DNA of 64,000 bases, from NCBI GenBank assembly GCA_043228905.1, contig JBHGNT010000003.1, positions 2,356,001-2,420,000 of the forward strand. The letters are read 5' to 3'. Of the stretch, positions 12,651 to 25,785 are shown one piece after another. Within the stretch, counting starts at the first letter, position 1. Every line of letters starts with the position of its first letter. The notes beneath the pieces are model-generated. The model did not search any database and was not told the origin of the DNA. It saw only the letters and a program-made list of their open reading frames with translations. Source of the stretch: Azolla caroliniana (lineage: Eukaryota; Plantae; Polypodiophyta). The translations under genes were made by a program, and so were the position numbers.

Positions 12651-12659
12651 TGGTCATGC

Positions 12660-13119
12660 CTGTAATAGAACTATATTTGGGAAGGCCTGAATAATGATTG
12701 CGAAGATCAGAAGGAAGGCCTGAACAATGATTGCAAAGATCAGAAGGGTCATAGAAGAGGCATTTCATGAGCTCTTCGACATCTGCCATCTCATGTCCTT
12801 CGATGAATTCATTCACACACAATGCCTTACAATCATAAAGAGAAGAGCTACCACTAAGCATTTCATACAATGGTCCGATGGTTAGGATCTGAGGGCAATA
12901 TGACTCTGGCTTGACATCCACTAATGCTTTTGGAGGCTTCGAAATCTCCGTGTACACATGTGTATCAACATTAGTATTAGTCTCATTGATCCTTATTATC
13001 ATGTCTGCTCTCCATTTGTCTTCTTTAGTACAGGATTTAGATTGATCCATTTCCATTTGACGTGTAACGTTGATTTCCTTGTTCATATTCTCTTCAACTT
13101 CTTCTTCTTCGGTGAGCAC
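12660..13119 (-). pseudogene. DUF247 pseudogene, 5' half
   Basis: ISKPPKALVDVKPESYCPQILTIGPLY..CKALCVNEFI..HYSGLPKYS, with AG-rich leader sequence upstream like other minus-strand copies. Confidence 0.88.
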
Positions 13120-14708
13120 AAACTTGATGCTTTCTTGCAGGAGATAAGAACAGAGAGAAATGTGAGCGAGAGAGAGAGAGAGAGAGGGAGAGACATAAGA
13201 TTGCCAGAATCATATGTATGGAGAGAGAGAGAGAGACCACAATCAAGCCATTTTATACATAGAAAGCATTTAATATTCCATTCCGGTTTTTAGTCATTTC
13301 TGATAGGATTACAGTCAGAGATGAAACAGAAAAATAGATTCCGAGACACAAACAGAAGTGAACACACAAATTTTCGTCTAAAAACTTTTTAAGACCATCC
13401 CGTCAATTTTAGGCCCTGATTCCATCCATACTCAACATTGCTTAAAATGATCCAATATATTCCATCCATACTCGACATTGCTCTATACTTTGAGTCTTGA
13501 CTTCATTGACATTATAATTGTTAATCAAACGTTGGGTCCATACAAAATAACATTTCACAATCATAACACACATAAGTGTCTCAAAGGAACCATTCATATT
13601 TAATGAGTATCTTATAGGAACCATTTAGATCACATGCAAAGAAATTCAAGTCCATTTTGGTTGAAATTATCACCATGCCCATTAAATGATTTGATTTTGT
13701 ATTTGTGACTATGTTATGACTATCTTACAGCTATATGCCAAGGCTTTTGAGCATTATCATTCTAATTCCTGGGCATACATTTTTAGGTCTAATAAAAATA
13801 TTGCAATCAAGGAATATCCAAGACCCTTGAAAAACCTACATGGATTGCAATCAATCAGTTTTTTATGGAAAACATGATCATCATTGTTCATGTAATTAGT
13901 AGAATCATGATGACTATGAGTGTTTCCCAGCGTTGTTTATGGGTTTTCATTGACAACCATAATGGCACTCCTAGTAGTGAATGCTGGATGCTATGGCTGT
14001 TAATTCGAGCTTATAACCAAGAAGTAATAGCCAGTTTATTATTGTTTGCTGCGTGGAGCGAGAACTACCAGAACGCCAAACGTCCCGAATTTTCACTCAT
14101 TTTTGTACTTTTTTTCCTCTCAAACGATCACACCATGTAAATAATGGAGTGATTTCCCCCTCTTTTTTCTCAAATTGTTCATTTTCATTTCAGACCTAAA
14201 TCTAATCCCATTTCCTACACGTTTTGCAAATTATGCGATTGGTGTTTGTCATTTGCAAATGTGTTGTGATTCCCGCTGTATTTACTATCATTAGTCGACA
14301 GAGAGGAGACACACTAAACAAACAACAAACTTGCATCAACTTTCCCATCACTGAAAAAAGAAAAACTTTATCTCTAAAATCGAGATGAAGCTCACGTAAA
14401 TGAGAATCCAATCCAGGTTGTATAAATAAATTAAAGAATGGCACAGAACATGTGTTGACGAACCCCTTATATCCACAAACCTTTTACAGTAAGGAGTTAC
14501 CTTTACTATGTATACTTAGCTCATCAACACCCATGACATGAACCATGGAGGGATGTGGACAACTTGGGCTATATGGTTTGGCCATGGGGCATAAAATGAT
14601 GAAGTAGAAGGGGAAGAAGACCATGCTTCTTGGTGCCACTTCTAGTGGCGAAGTCGTAAGCTTTTAAAACAGGAGAGGAGGAAAACTAGCAATGATGAAG
14701 CTTGGGCT

Positions 14709-14935
14709 ATGGTGAGTTTTATCCCTGTGGAGCTCATCATTGGGCTTATTCTGTCACTACTACTTCACATTGCAGGGCTTTATCAGCTATGGAGACCTTC
14801 AAGCAAGAAAGATAAACACCAAGCATATACAGATCTGGAAACCGTTATCTGATAAGGAGGTGAAGGACACCATCCTCTTCTTGCTCTTTGCAGGCCATGA
14901 TTCCACCTCTTTCTTAGCCACCATGACCTTCAATA
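14709..14935 (+). pseudogene. Cytochrome P450 (CYP85 clan, CYP716-like) remnant: N-terminal anchor joined by deletion to the I-helix
   Basis: ATG 14709 MVSFIPVELIIGLILSLLLHIAGLYQLWRP, then in another frame LSDKEVKDTILFLLFAGHDSTS (I-helix AGxD[T/S] motif). Confidence 0.8.
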
Positions 14936-15740
14936 GCCCTAAATAAGATGCCTGTTGATTATCCTGCGAGCTGCTTGTTTTGTCCAGAAAATATCTCGTA
15001 GTCATAGGAATCTACATGGATTGATGGCTTGTCCTATGCTCTTCTAATTGTTTTCGGATGACCAAAACTTAAAGGCAACCAAATACATGATTGCAATAGG
15101 GAAATTTTGGTGCTTGGAAATTCTCGTGCAGATAGTGGCTAATAAGGAATGGATCAATTCTTATAACAACATCAAACAACTTGAGCAATAGTGGTTAATC
15201 AGAAATGACATGGCAACTTGCTTGCCCATCAAGAACAAGTCCCTCCATATTTGGGTGTTTGCAAGGTCATTGTTGCACAGTGTGTGGAAGTGGCTATGTT
15301 CCAGCCATTCCATCGAGAACAACAAGAATTCATGAATGAAGACAGTATTCACAGTGAGTAAAAGTTGGAGTGACTCCAATCAATATTAAGGAAGGCTTGA
15401 ATAATGGATGGGAAGATAACAAGGATCCCAGATGATGTGTCTCATGAGCTGAGCTGCTCCAAATCTGATATGTTACAATGTCTTCCCATGAAACTCTTCA
15501 TGCACAGTACCTGACAAATATCAAGAGAAGAGCTCCCCAACTTCTGATACAATGGTGCGATGATTAGGATTCGAGCGGAATATGAGAGTGTGGCTTGATC
15601 TCCAACAATGCTTGAGGAGGCTTCCATATCACTGAGCTTTTGTTGGACTTAACATGTGTATTCGATTTTAGCATCAACACTAGCATTCTCCATCTTGAGT
15701 GTCATGTAGCCTCTCCATTCGTCTTCTTTGGTGATGTTAA
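14930..15740 (-). pseudogene. Degenerate DUF247 copy
   Basis: ILIIAPLYQKL..LCMKSFMGRH, LQLLLTVNTVFIHEFLLF..WRDLFLMGKQV, with several frameshifts and deletions. Confidence 0.85.
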
Positions 15741-17895
15741 AGCTCATGAAGTTGTGATCGGTGTAGCTCCGCGACACGGGGCAATTCATCCATTTCAAGT
15801 GTTAAGGCTACGATCTGATTTGGCTCACTATATTGTGACAATTGAGATTTTTGGACTCTTGATCTATAAAGTTGTTGATAGTTGTTAGAGATTTTAGATG
15901 GTTCATTCCAAGGTAACTGTTATTTGGTATTAAATGAGATCCAAAGCCTTGTGTTTACACGGGTTTCTTTTGCATCAGGTGTGGGGGCATAGTATGTACC
16001 CCGAAGGACCTATCCTAGCTACCCCCATAAGTGAGTAATTGCCCAACATTCAATCTTCAACTTGTCTTTCTTTACACTGTCAAATGGTTATCAATAAATA
16101 TAACTCATCCATGCTCTACCCCTCATTGGTAGAGACAAATTTATCTCATAGGCAACTTTTTCTTTCGTCTTGGAATGACATCTACAAAATTACGGAGTAA
16201 TTTTTCAGATAATGTATACCACGAAATACAACATTTTCACAAAGTTCATACAAACCAAACATAGAGACAAGGTACCTTTTAGAAAGAGAGAGAAGGTGTC
16301 TTGAAGGAAGGAGAGTGTTTGACGGCTTAAATCATTATACAAGTACTTGTAACAGGTTTCTTAACAATCCATTACCCACCAAGTAATTTATTGTTGGTAC
16401 AGTATCAAATTGCAACTATCATGTTGGGCTATGTTTTTAGAAGTACATGCCAGATGCTTATGACAGGGTTATAATGATTGGTTATATGACTTACCATACT
16501 TTTGCTACAATGGTCTAGTTTATCAATCAAATAAACATGAATAACTAGATATAAATAAAATGGTGAAGCAAAAAGAGATCCAAAATGAACAAAGGAAGCT
16601 CTCAAAGGTTTAAGGTCTACGCTTAGCCTCATTTAGAGATTTCCATGATAACCAAATATTGTATATATCGTCTGCAATAGTGACAATTAGATTATTAGAG
16701 ATGGTAACCAGTAGAAACTGAAATCCAAAACAATGGCAGAGAAAAAAATAAACTGCCCAAAAATCCACATACAAGACATGCCAATGGATATTTTTATGCT
16801 AGCCATCTTGTTCAACATGTAGTAGGTAATTCGATGAACATGGAATCAGGAAGATGACAACCAAGAAGAAGAACAAGATATTGTGCTTGATAACGGAGTT
16901 AATAAACAGAAATTGAAATCCCCAAATGAATAAACGAAGCTCAACACAACGAAGCTCAATACTTGATTGTTTTGAGCTTCTATATGATCAAGTGCATACC
17001 AGAAGCCGGGATTTGATTCTCATTTAGGCTTTAGAATCTTGGCAAGAACGAACCAATGGTGGCCAAAGCCAATTATGGTTGGAACAGCTCACACATTTTG
17101 TGAGTGACGGAAGCCGAAGTTTCTAAACTAGAAATTAATAATAGGAAATTTACATAATAATTGCTCTGTTTTTTACTGAAAGATATAAAACTTTGTTAAT
17201 TGTTTTTTCTTCTTTAAATACTTTCTTCTTAAGTGTTATGTAAGTATTTATAGGTACTTAATTGTCTTTTTGTGCTTCTGATTCTGTTTTGCACCCATCT
17301 ATCTATCCCTCCAATCGGCTCACAAATTACAAAATGTATGTATAGCATTGACTTCCTTTAAAAATGTTGAAACTTTTGTTATTTTGATTCCTTAATACTA
17401 TATATGTGTGTATATAATGCGTTGACTACATTTGGATTAGCATTTAGAGATCATGTCAACGTGTCAAAATGTGTCAACGTGTTGTTATGTTTGTTCCCTT
17501 ATACTACTACTCAACCCACAAAGAAATAATATTGTAGCATGACACTTTAGACCATCTAATGGGCACATAGCGTATCATGAATACATGCAAGAACAAGTTG
17601 TCTTCGTCTAATTTATTGGTTGTTTTACTAATCATTCATTTCTTAGACCATAAACAAACAAAGAAACAAACTAGATAGGCAAGATCATTCATTTCTTAGA
17701 CCATAAGTATAGGCAAGATAAGATCAATTCCGTGATTTGGTCTATCACCATCGCCGATGAGGATGTGGAAACATTCAGGCGTTCAATGAAAAGATTTTGT
17801 CATGGTAACATACAATGTCACCATAATTCATTTGTTCATGTTGTCTTTCACAATCGATGACAATGAGGCGTTAGCAATTGCCACTAGAAGCTTTG
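15500..17895. repeat. Segmental duplicate of ~54600-57350 in the same orientation
   Basis: Collinear blocks: 15640-16060 with 54720-55200, 16760-17060 with 55390-55910, and 17085-17895 with 56270-57350. Confidence 0.85.
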
Positions 17896-18200
17896 TGCTG
17901 AGCTGCAATGGTGAGCTTTATCCCTGTGGAGCTCATCTTCTTTCACTCCTTGGTCCAAGGCCTCCTATGCATGTTGTTGTTTGTATGTGTCGTTTGTATG
18001 CAGCTTATCTTGATGTGTCGTTTATATGCACTTTGTCGAATTGTTGTCCCTTCTAGGCATCAAAATCTTGACATCAATTCGTGTCTTTATGATTGTAGTA
18101 AGGCGGTGTGTGTGAAGAAATTCATAAACAAACATTAGATATCTAATGTCTTGGGGAAGCTCAGGAGACACCTCATTCGTGACCCCCATAATCTTAACAC
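17895..18200 (+). pseudogene. Chimeric remnant: CYP716-like start followed by a short DUF247 piece
   Basis: ATG 17908 MVSFIPVELI is identical to the start at 14709. 18058-18138 HQNLDINSCLYDCSKAVCVKKFINKH matches the DUF247 YQNL..YKAxCVKKF segment. Confidence 0.65.
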
Positions 18201-19253
18201 CCCCACATAACATTCAGTGCAATATCTTCATTTCTTAAACTCTTGCACTTTTTCACTTTGGGACTTTTCCCTGTTTTTGGGACTCCCAACATTAAGAAAA
18301 TTCAAAACGAATGCTTGGGGTGGGTTTCTTGAAACATTAATTCTTAGAATATACACGTGTGGCTTGAAAAGTTCTTGATGGGCATCAATCATGTCATAGG
18401 AAAATGTCAAGGAGAAAACAAATGGGGCATTGATAAGGCTGAAACATTAATATAAATAAGACACTTACATTTTTAATCTAGCACGACATCATCATAGATT
18501 CATAATGTTTCAATTTTAATTTTTAATGTAGCACGACATCATCAGAATGCTATTAATTATACAACATTATAGATGATTCAATTCTAGTATGAAAAGAGGC
18601 GTTTAACATTTTTTAAGCTAGAGGCAATATCATCAGAATTTGAGACCTAATTCTAATGTAAATTAGGTGATCAATGTTTGTGTTTTGCAAATGAGTTGTG
18701 ATCACAGAGAGCCACACACTAAGAACTAACAACTGTGCCTCAACTTTCCCATCATGGAGAAAAGACAAACTTTATCTCTAAAATGGAGATCAAGCTCACC
18801 TAATTAAGTCTCGAATCCAGGCTGTATATGAATTTAAAGAATGGGACAGCACATGTGTTGAGGAATCTCCTTGCATATGCAAAAACGTTTACGAAAAGGA
18901 GACGACTGTGGTATGTACAAAGATCATAGAGTTCATTTTAGTCACATTATAGAGTTAAGTTTGGTATGTCCGAAATCGAATAGAGTAATCGACTAAAATT
19001 TTGAATGATAGAGTATTTGCTCCACCAGATGTCTGAAATCGTAGACTAATTGACTACAAATCGAGCGGAGTATTGGCTTTCTACAATAGGAAATGACATG
19101 ATTCTTGGCTCCACACTTATGCTCTTGCAGGGAATTCCACACATTCTCATTCTTTATCTCTCCGTCTCCTTTTCTCTTTCATCTTATCATAGATAGGTAA
19201 ATAGATAGAACCAAGTTGACTTTGTTAATCATCTGAGGGAAGAAGTCATAGAG

Positions 19254-20486
19254 ATGTATACGAAGAGGAGTGCTACTAGAACTAATTCAACAAAGAAAAC
19301 AATCAAAGTGAGTGGTCTACAAAGGAAGAAGAAGAAGAAGAAGAAGAAGAAGTCAGAAATAATTACAATTCCAAATGATACATCTGAGTATCAAGCCAAC
19401 TTCACCAAAGATAAATGGGCAGAATACATGAAGGAGAAGATCAATCATGTCAATGCACCTGTATCTAACGAAAATTGGATTATTTTGAAGCCTCCACAAG
19501 CATTATTGGAAGTGAAGCCAATCGCATATAACCCTAAATTAGTGACCATCGGTCCATTGTATCAAAATCTTGCACCTTCCCCCTTTCATAATTTTAAGGC
19601 ACTATGTGTGAAGAAATTCATGGAAAGAATTGGGATATCAGCTGTGGAAGATCTTATGCAATATCTCATCTCTGATCAACCACATGAGCTTAGCCACATC
19701 TATAATCTTAACCTCCCCCAATCTGAAATTGAGTGGCTCCAACTTCTGGTCACTGTCGATACCGTCTTCATTCATGAATTCTTGATGCCCGAAGATATGG
19801 ACACTGTCAAGTACTTCACCACTTTCCTCTCTAATGGCTACACACTCCGTGTGCAAATAGAGAGGGACTTGCTGTTGATAGGCAACCAAATTCCCATGTC
19901 ATTTCTAAAGAAGATTGCAGAGTTTCCCAACAATCCAGACTCCTCATTGCCTGCTCTCGAGATTACTGTGAGGCGTTTTATTGTTCAAAGTAATCCTTTC
20001 TTCGTTAGCCACGATGTAATGATTAGATTTTTTAAATTGTTTGGATCGAAACAAATAAAATTGGTCGATACTTGCGAGCATCTACTTGATTCCCTCTACT
20101 ATTCATGCACTGTTGGAGAAGAAGAATCCACAAGTTTCCCTATTCTGAACGAATTGGGGGCATTCAACAAAATGGAATGGAATTCGTTCGCCTCCCAACA
20201 GCGTCCAAACTCTGTAAAGCCGGCATTTCGTTCAAGGCTTGTGATGTGGAACGACATGTGCATCAATTTGTCCTACAGGAGTGAATCTAAAATATTGGGA
20301 GCGGTAGTCCCTATTATGGTGGACCACTATTCCTCTTATTGGCGTCGCTTGTATGCGGAGTGTTATGAGCAGTTCTTTTCTCGGCCATGGTTATGGATTT
20401 CGGTCATTGCTGCATTCCTACTGCTCTTAGCTTCACTATCCCAGACATACTATACAACCTTAGATTTTTACAAACCGAGGCATTAA
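19254..20486 (+). CDS. DUF247 paralog with internal deletion; ORF open and transmembrane helix retained (may be a pseudogene; real start may be 19428)
   Basis: Closely similar to copy 1 but lacks the ISVMKYD...ENHLG block. Ends FFSRPWLWISVIAAFLLLLASLSQTYY. Confidence 0.75.
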   Translation: MYTKRSATRTNSTKKTIKVSGLQRKKKKKKKKKSEIITIPNDTSEYQANFTKDKWAEYMKEKINHVNAPVSNENWIILKPPQALLEVKPIAYNPKLVTIGPLYQNLAPSPFHNFKALCVKKFMERIGISAVEDLMQYLISDQPHELSHIYNLNLPQSEIEWLQLLVTVDTVFIHEFLMPEDMDTVKYFTTFLSNGYTLRVQIERDLLLIGNQIPMSFLKKIAEFPNNPDSSLPALEITVRRFIVQSNPFFVSHDVMIRFFKLFGSKQIKLVDTCEHLLDSLYYSCTVGEEESTSFPILNELGAFNKMEWNSFASQQRPNSVKPAFRSRLVMWNDMCINLSYRSESKILGAVVPIMVDHYSSYWRRLYAECYEQFFSRPWLWISVIAAFLLLLASLSQTYYTTLDFYKPRH

Positions 20487-21676
20487 CCCTATGCTTAAAC
20501 CCTGTGGCAAAAATAAAGAAGCTGACAACAAAATCAAGGATTCAGCTTTGTTTATTCATTTGGGATTATTTTTGTTTAATAATTTCATTTCTTTCCGTTA
20601 TTTATGTTTTATTGAGTTATAATCCACATTGGCTTATGAAAATGTGGAAGATTATGTACTTATGGCGAATCATGTTTTATTGATTTTTAATCCACATTGG
20701 TTTATGAAATTGTGGAAGATTATGCACTTAATGTGAATCGTTTTCGTTTTCCATATATTAATGGAAATAGATGTGAGAGTTAATTTAATTAATGAAGTAC
20801 TAAAGTAGAATGTGTTCATCTCTACTCCTCTTATTCTCATTATTGCAGATGATCTATACAATATTTGGTTATCACTGACGTCTCTAAATTAGCCTAACCC
20901 TAAACCTTAAACCCTTGAGAGCTTTCTTTGTTTATTTGAGATCTCATTTTGCTTCACTATTTTATTTATATTTGATTAATAAACCACAGATCATGAACTT
21001 ACAGTTGTGGAAGATTTAACCCTAATCACAAGCATACTTCTAGAAACATAGCCCAACCTGACAATTACAATTTCATATTGTACCTACACTAAATTCATTG
21101 GTGGGTAATGTTGAGCAAGGTGTTAGAAGTATTTGCATATTGATTTAGGAGAAAAATAAGTAATTGCCTCTATTCCCAATGGTTTTGGTTTGCCTATATT
21201 TCCCAATGAGGATGCAACCTACACATAACCTTTTATGCCCAATGAACTATATTAGACTATGTATCCTAATTTGGACTCGAATAGTTTGTTTTGGTTCTAT
21301 GTTATATTCCTGAATGGAATACTCTTTTTCTCTCCTTAAAAGATACCGTATTGTGAAATGCTCTCAAGAATAGCTTAGCTTTCATTATCCTCCAAGTTAC
21401 ATTTTATAGACTACTCGTAGCATGGAGGGTGTTCTCCCGCTCCAGATAGCTATTCTAATTATGGGGGCTTGGTAGGGGCCTAATCTGGGCGTGGTCCATG
21501 TGACCGCCACAATTCCCCCTAGTAAAAAAAAAAGTTACTGTGCGGACGAAGCGCGACGGGGCGTGTACGATGGTTCTAGACGGGGAGATGACAGGGGTGT
21601 GGGTGTGGGCGTGGGTAGCTGATGGAAGGGCTTCATGCGAGACTGGTGGGCAAAGGTAGAGCGGTTCTTGGAGGCA

Positions 21677-24600
21677 AGAAGGGCATGAAGAGGCTTGCCG
21701 ATGACAACCTGATACCGGTAAAGCACGTGCACTTGGAGAAGTGTAACGACTGTTTGGCCAGTAAGCAAAACCGGACCTCCTTCCAAACAAGGCCACCGAT
21801 GAGACGTAGTGCACCACTGGAGTTGCTGCATACCGATGTGTGTCAAGTAGACGCGAAGTCACATGGCGGAGCCCAGTACTTTGTAACGTTCATAGACGAT
21901 CACAACCGGAAACTGTGGACCTCATCGCTGAAGACGAAGGATCAGGTGTTATCCATTTTCAAAGAGCTTCACGCAAGAGTGGAAAGAGAAACCGGCAACA
22001 AGCTTAAAGCAGTTCGAGCAGATAACGGAGGAGAATACCGGGGGCAGTTCGAGGAGTACTGTCGCTCGAAGGCAATTCGACTCGAATTTACCGTGCCGAA
22101 GACGCTGGAACTAAACGAGCTGGCTGAGAGGATGAACCGGACCATAATGGAGAGGGTCCGGAGTATGCTGGCACATGCAAAATTACCCAAGGCATTTTGG
22201 GTTGAGGCAATGTCGACGACGACATATGTGATAAATAGATCACCCTCAGTACCCTTGGACGGAGACACCCCGCAGAGAGTATGGACCAGTAAGGAAGTGT
22301 CCTATTGGCATCTGAAGGTGTTCGGGTGTCTGGCGTACGTTGTCGTGAAGATTTTCTTCCACGAGCGGAAACCCGAGCAACGAGAGCCAAAGAGCGATGT
22401 GCAACGTTGCACACGTACATAATGTATTTGTAATAATAATAGGGGTAAAGGGTATGGTGCTAGAAAGGCCCCATAACATCCCTAAGGTATAAAGGCGATG
22501 TGGTCTTGTGCGCACATCCACGCGAGAGAGAGAGAGAGAGGTGCTATGCGGTACATAGGTACCTAGTTGTTTGTGAGGAGGTGGGAGTTAAGGGGCCATC
22601 AATCGCACCCTCCCCCAAATCAAGGCAAATATTCCCTTTGAATGAAAGGGGATATTTTAGTCTCACTTTGTAAACGGTCTTCCCTCCTTGTGCTATAAAA
22701 GGAGAGGGAAGGCACCATTGTAAGGGTTGCTTATTTTGAGTGTGCGAGGTATACCACATAGCTCGAGCATTAGGGTTAGGGTTAGGGTTTCGAGTAGTCG
22801 TTTGGGGCGGCCTATGTGGCCACCATTTTGTAATCGTTCATCTCGTTTTAATACATCTTGTTGTTCATCTTGTCTCCATCTTCCTCTTGTTTCTTCTTCT
22901 TCTTGAGCAAAGCTTCCATTCCGTGTCCGATTCCTTCTCCTCTACTCCTTAGTCCAAGACCCCCGTGGTCCCGCCCTTCTCCACGCATGCGCGTAGCAAC
23001 GTGACAACGTGCATGTGGCTAAGGACCAGAGAGGAAAGTTGGATCCAAAGACCCGGCCATGCATATTCCTCGGTTACGGTGACGATGAGTTCGGCTACCG
23101 AGTGTGGGACCCGGTCGACAAGAAGATATTCCGGAGTCGAGACATTATCTTCATGGAGGACAAGACGCTCGCCGACTGGGAGTCAGAGAAAAAGATAATG
23201 AACTCTGAGTCGACTGGGAAGGATCGATTCTATGAGAAACAGTCCCAACCGGCAAGAGACCGGTTAGCACTCGAGGATCCGGCCGATGACGGTGTGGAGT
23301 CAACATTGGCCGAGGAAGAAGAAGCTGATACCGGAACTGGCCAAGATCCCGAAATGGATTCGGATGAAGAGCCAATGGAGGAGTTGGTTACTGAAGCTCG
23401 AGAACGGAGATATCCTCTCAGAGAGAGAAGGCCCCCCCGGAGATTTCCGGATCCAAAGCCTGTGTTGCTTACCGATGAGGGGGAGCCGGAAATCTTTGAA
23501 GAAGCTAAGGAAGACACCCATAGCCGCAAGTGGTTGAGTGCCATGCAGGACGAGATGGATTCACTGCATGAGAACCACATGTATGAAGTTGTGGAGTTGT
23601 CGAAAGGAAAACGGGCACTCTGAAACAAGTGGGTGTTCAAGTTAAAACCGGGAGATGCCGGCAACCCCCCGATATACAAAGCCAGGATCGTGGTGAAGGG
23701 GTTCCAACAGAAGAAGGGCGTGGACTTCGACGAGATATTTGCCCCGGTAGTAAAGATGACTTCCATCCGCACGGTGCAAGCATGGACCTCGAGGTAAAGC
23801 AGTTGGACGTGAAGACGACATTCCTTCACGGCGACCTCAAAGAGGAGATCTACATGCAGCAACCGGAAGGATTCGTGAAGCAAGGGAAGGAGCACCTGGT
23901 TTGTTGGCTGAAGAAGAGTCTATACGGACTGAAGTAGGCTCCTCGGCAATGGTACCGGAAGTTCGACTCCTTCATGACTGATCAAGGGTACCACAAAACG
24001 CAGGCCGATCACTGCGTGTTTGTGAAGAAGTTCGAAGGAGGCGACTTCCTAATACTCCTTTTGTGCGTAGACGACATGTTGATCGTCGGACGGGACCAAG
24101 CAAAGATACGGATACTAAAGAAGGCTCTGAACCGAACCTTCTCAATGAATGACTTGGGTACGGCGAGGCAAATTTTGGGGATGCATATCATCCGGGACCG
24201 GAAGAAGAGACTGTTGTGGCTGTCAGAGGAGAAGTACGTGATTAAGGTGCTTCAACGGTTCAACATGTCGGAAGTGAAACCGGTCGGATCGACCCTCCCG
24301 GCAAATTGGAGGCTATCTGGTAAGCAAAGCCCGAAGACGAAAGTAGAGAAGGCGGAGATGATGAAGGTACCATATGCCTCTACCGTCGGGAGCTTAATGT
24401 ACGCAATGGTGTGTACCCGACCGGACATCTGTTATGCAATCGGAGTGGTGAGCCGGTATATGAGCAATCCCGACAAGGAGCATTGGAACGTGGTGAAGTG
24501 GATTCGGGCACTACAAACATGTGCCTTCGATTTGGCTCCGGTAAGCCCGAACTCGACGGTTTTACCGATTTGGATATGTCGGCTGATGCAGATACCAGCC

Positions 24601-25785
24601 GGTCTACATCTGGGTATGTAATGGCATATGCAGGGGGAGTTGTTTCGTGGCAGTCGAGGCTGCAGAAGACGGTTGCGCTGTCAACCACGGAGGCGGAGTA
24701 CATGGCGGTTGTTGAAGCCGGCAAGGAAGTAATATGGATGAAGGACTTCATCGGAGAGCTCGGTATCCGGCAAGAGGAGTATCGACTCTACTGTGAGAGT
24801 CAAAGTGCCATCCACCTTGCGAAGAACGCGGCCTAGCGGAGGTACCACTGGATCCGAGAAAGAGTGGAAGATAAGGAGTTCGTGCTGACGAAGATCCACA
24901 CGGATGAGAATGGATCGGATATGCTAACCAAAGTGCTGCCATCGAATAAGCTGGAATCATGCCGAAAGCGGATAGGACTGCAGAGACATCCCATGCCGAA
25001 GTGAAGGGGGAGATTGTTGGGATTTCGGTCCCTCCGGACGGGATGTCCGGACTCGGCGATGAAGACCCAGTGAGAACCGGATGAACGAGGCCGGCAAGCC
25101 CGACAAGCACGGTCAGAACCGGATGAGGAGTACCCGGCAAGGACCGGATGATGAACGCCCAGTAAGAACCGGAGGAGATATGTGTACCCGGCAAGAACCG
25201 CAAGGTGCAGGCCCGGCAAACGGAGCAGCCACAGCAACAACAGATTCCCGACGAGCCATTAGAAACTCTGGAGCAAAGCATTCTAGACATTTTGGACAAA
25301 GAGTAACAGTGCCGGATAATGGGTTCGACGTACAAGGTATTGTCCCACGGGCGTGCCATGTGTTACCTGGCCGGCAAGAAGGCTGAAAGATGTCTAGACC
25401 AGAGTGTGAAAGGAATAGTTTATTGGGGAACTGTTGTAATTATTTTATTAATGTGGACGGATGGACCGGAATCGGTATGCCGATCCGGATCCGGACCGAT
25501 CCCGAATAGGTGCCGGTTGGCACCGTTTGGTACTTTGCATCGGAGACCTATATAAAGGCCCGGTTACAATGTAATCAGTAACGGAGATTAATATAAGCCT
25601 TTTGTTAATCATTGAGTATTGTGACCGTTCTGGGCTCATTGTATATCTTACGCGTGTTAATGAATGATTGCTAAGTAACCAAGTAAGGTCTAACTAAACG
25701 TTGTGTCGTAAGTCATCTCGCCGTAACACCCTTGGTGAAGTGTCTTAAGTGGACACCCTGTGTTAGGCTGTTGGCCGACCCTAAG
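21677..25785 (+). mobile_element. Copia element A: 5'-truncated integrase-RT-RNaseH with PPT and interrupted 3' LTR (25015-25785)
   Basis: LLHTDVC, FIDDH, RADNGGEY, CVDDML, DADTSRSTSGY, STTEAEY motifs with stops and a frameshift. PPT GAAGGGGGAGAT precedes TGTTGG at 25015. Confidence 0.93.
22341..23006 (+). mobile_element. Solo LTR (666 bp) inserted in Copia A integrase with 4-bp TSD ACGT
   Basis: TGTCG...TGACA termini, ACGT at 22337-22340 and 23007-23010. Removing it restores CLAYVHVAK. TATA-like CTATAAAAGG at ~22693 gives the orientation. Confidence 0.88.
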
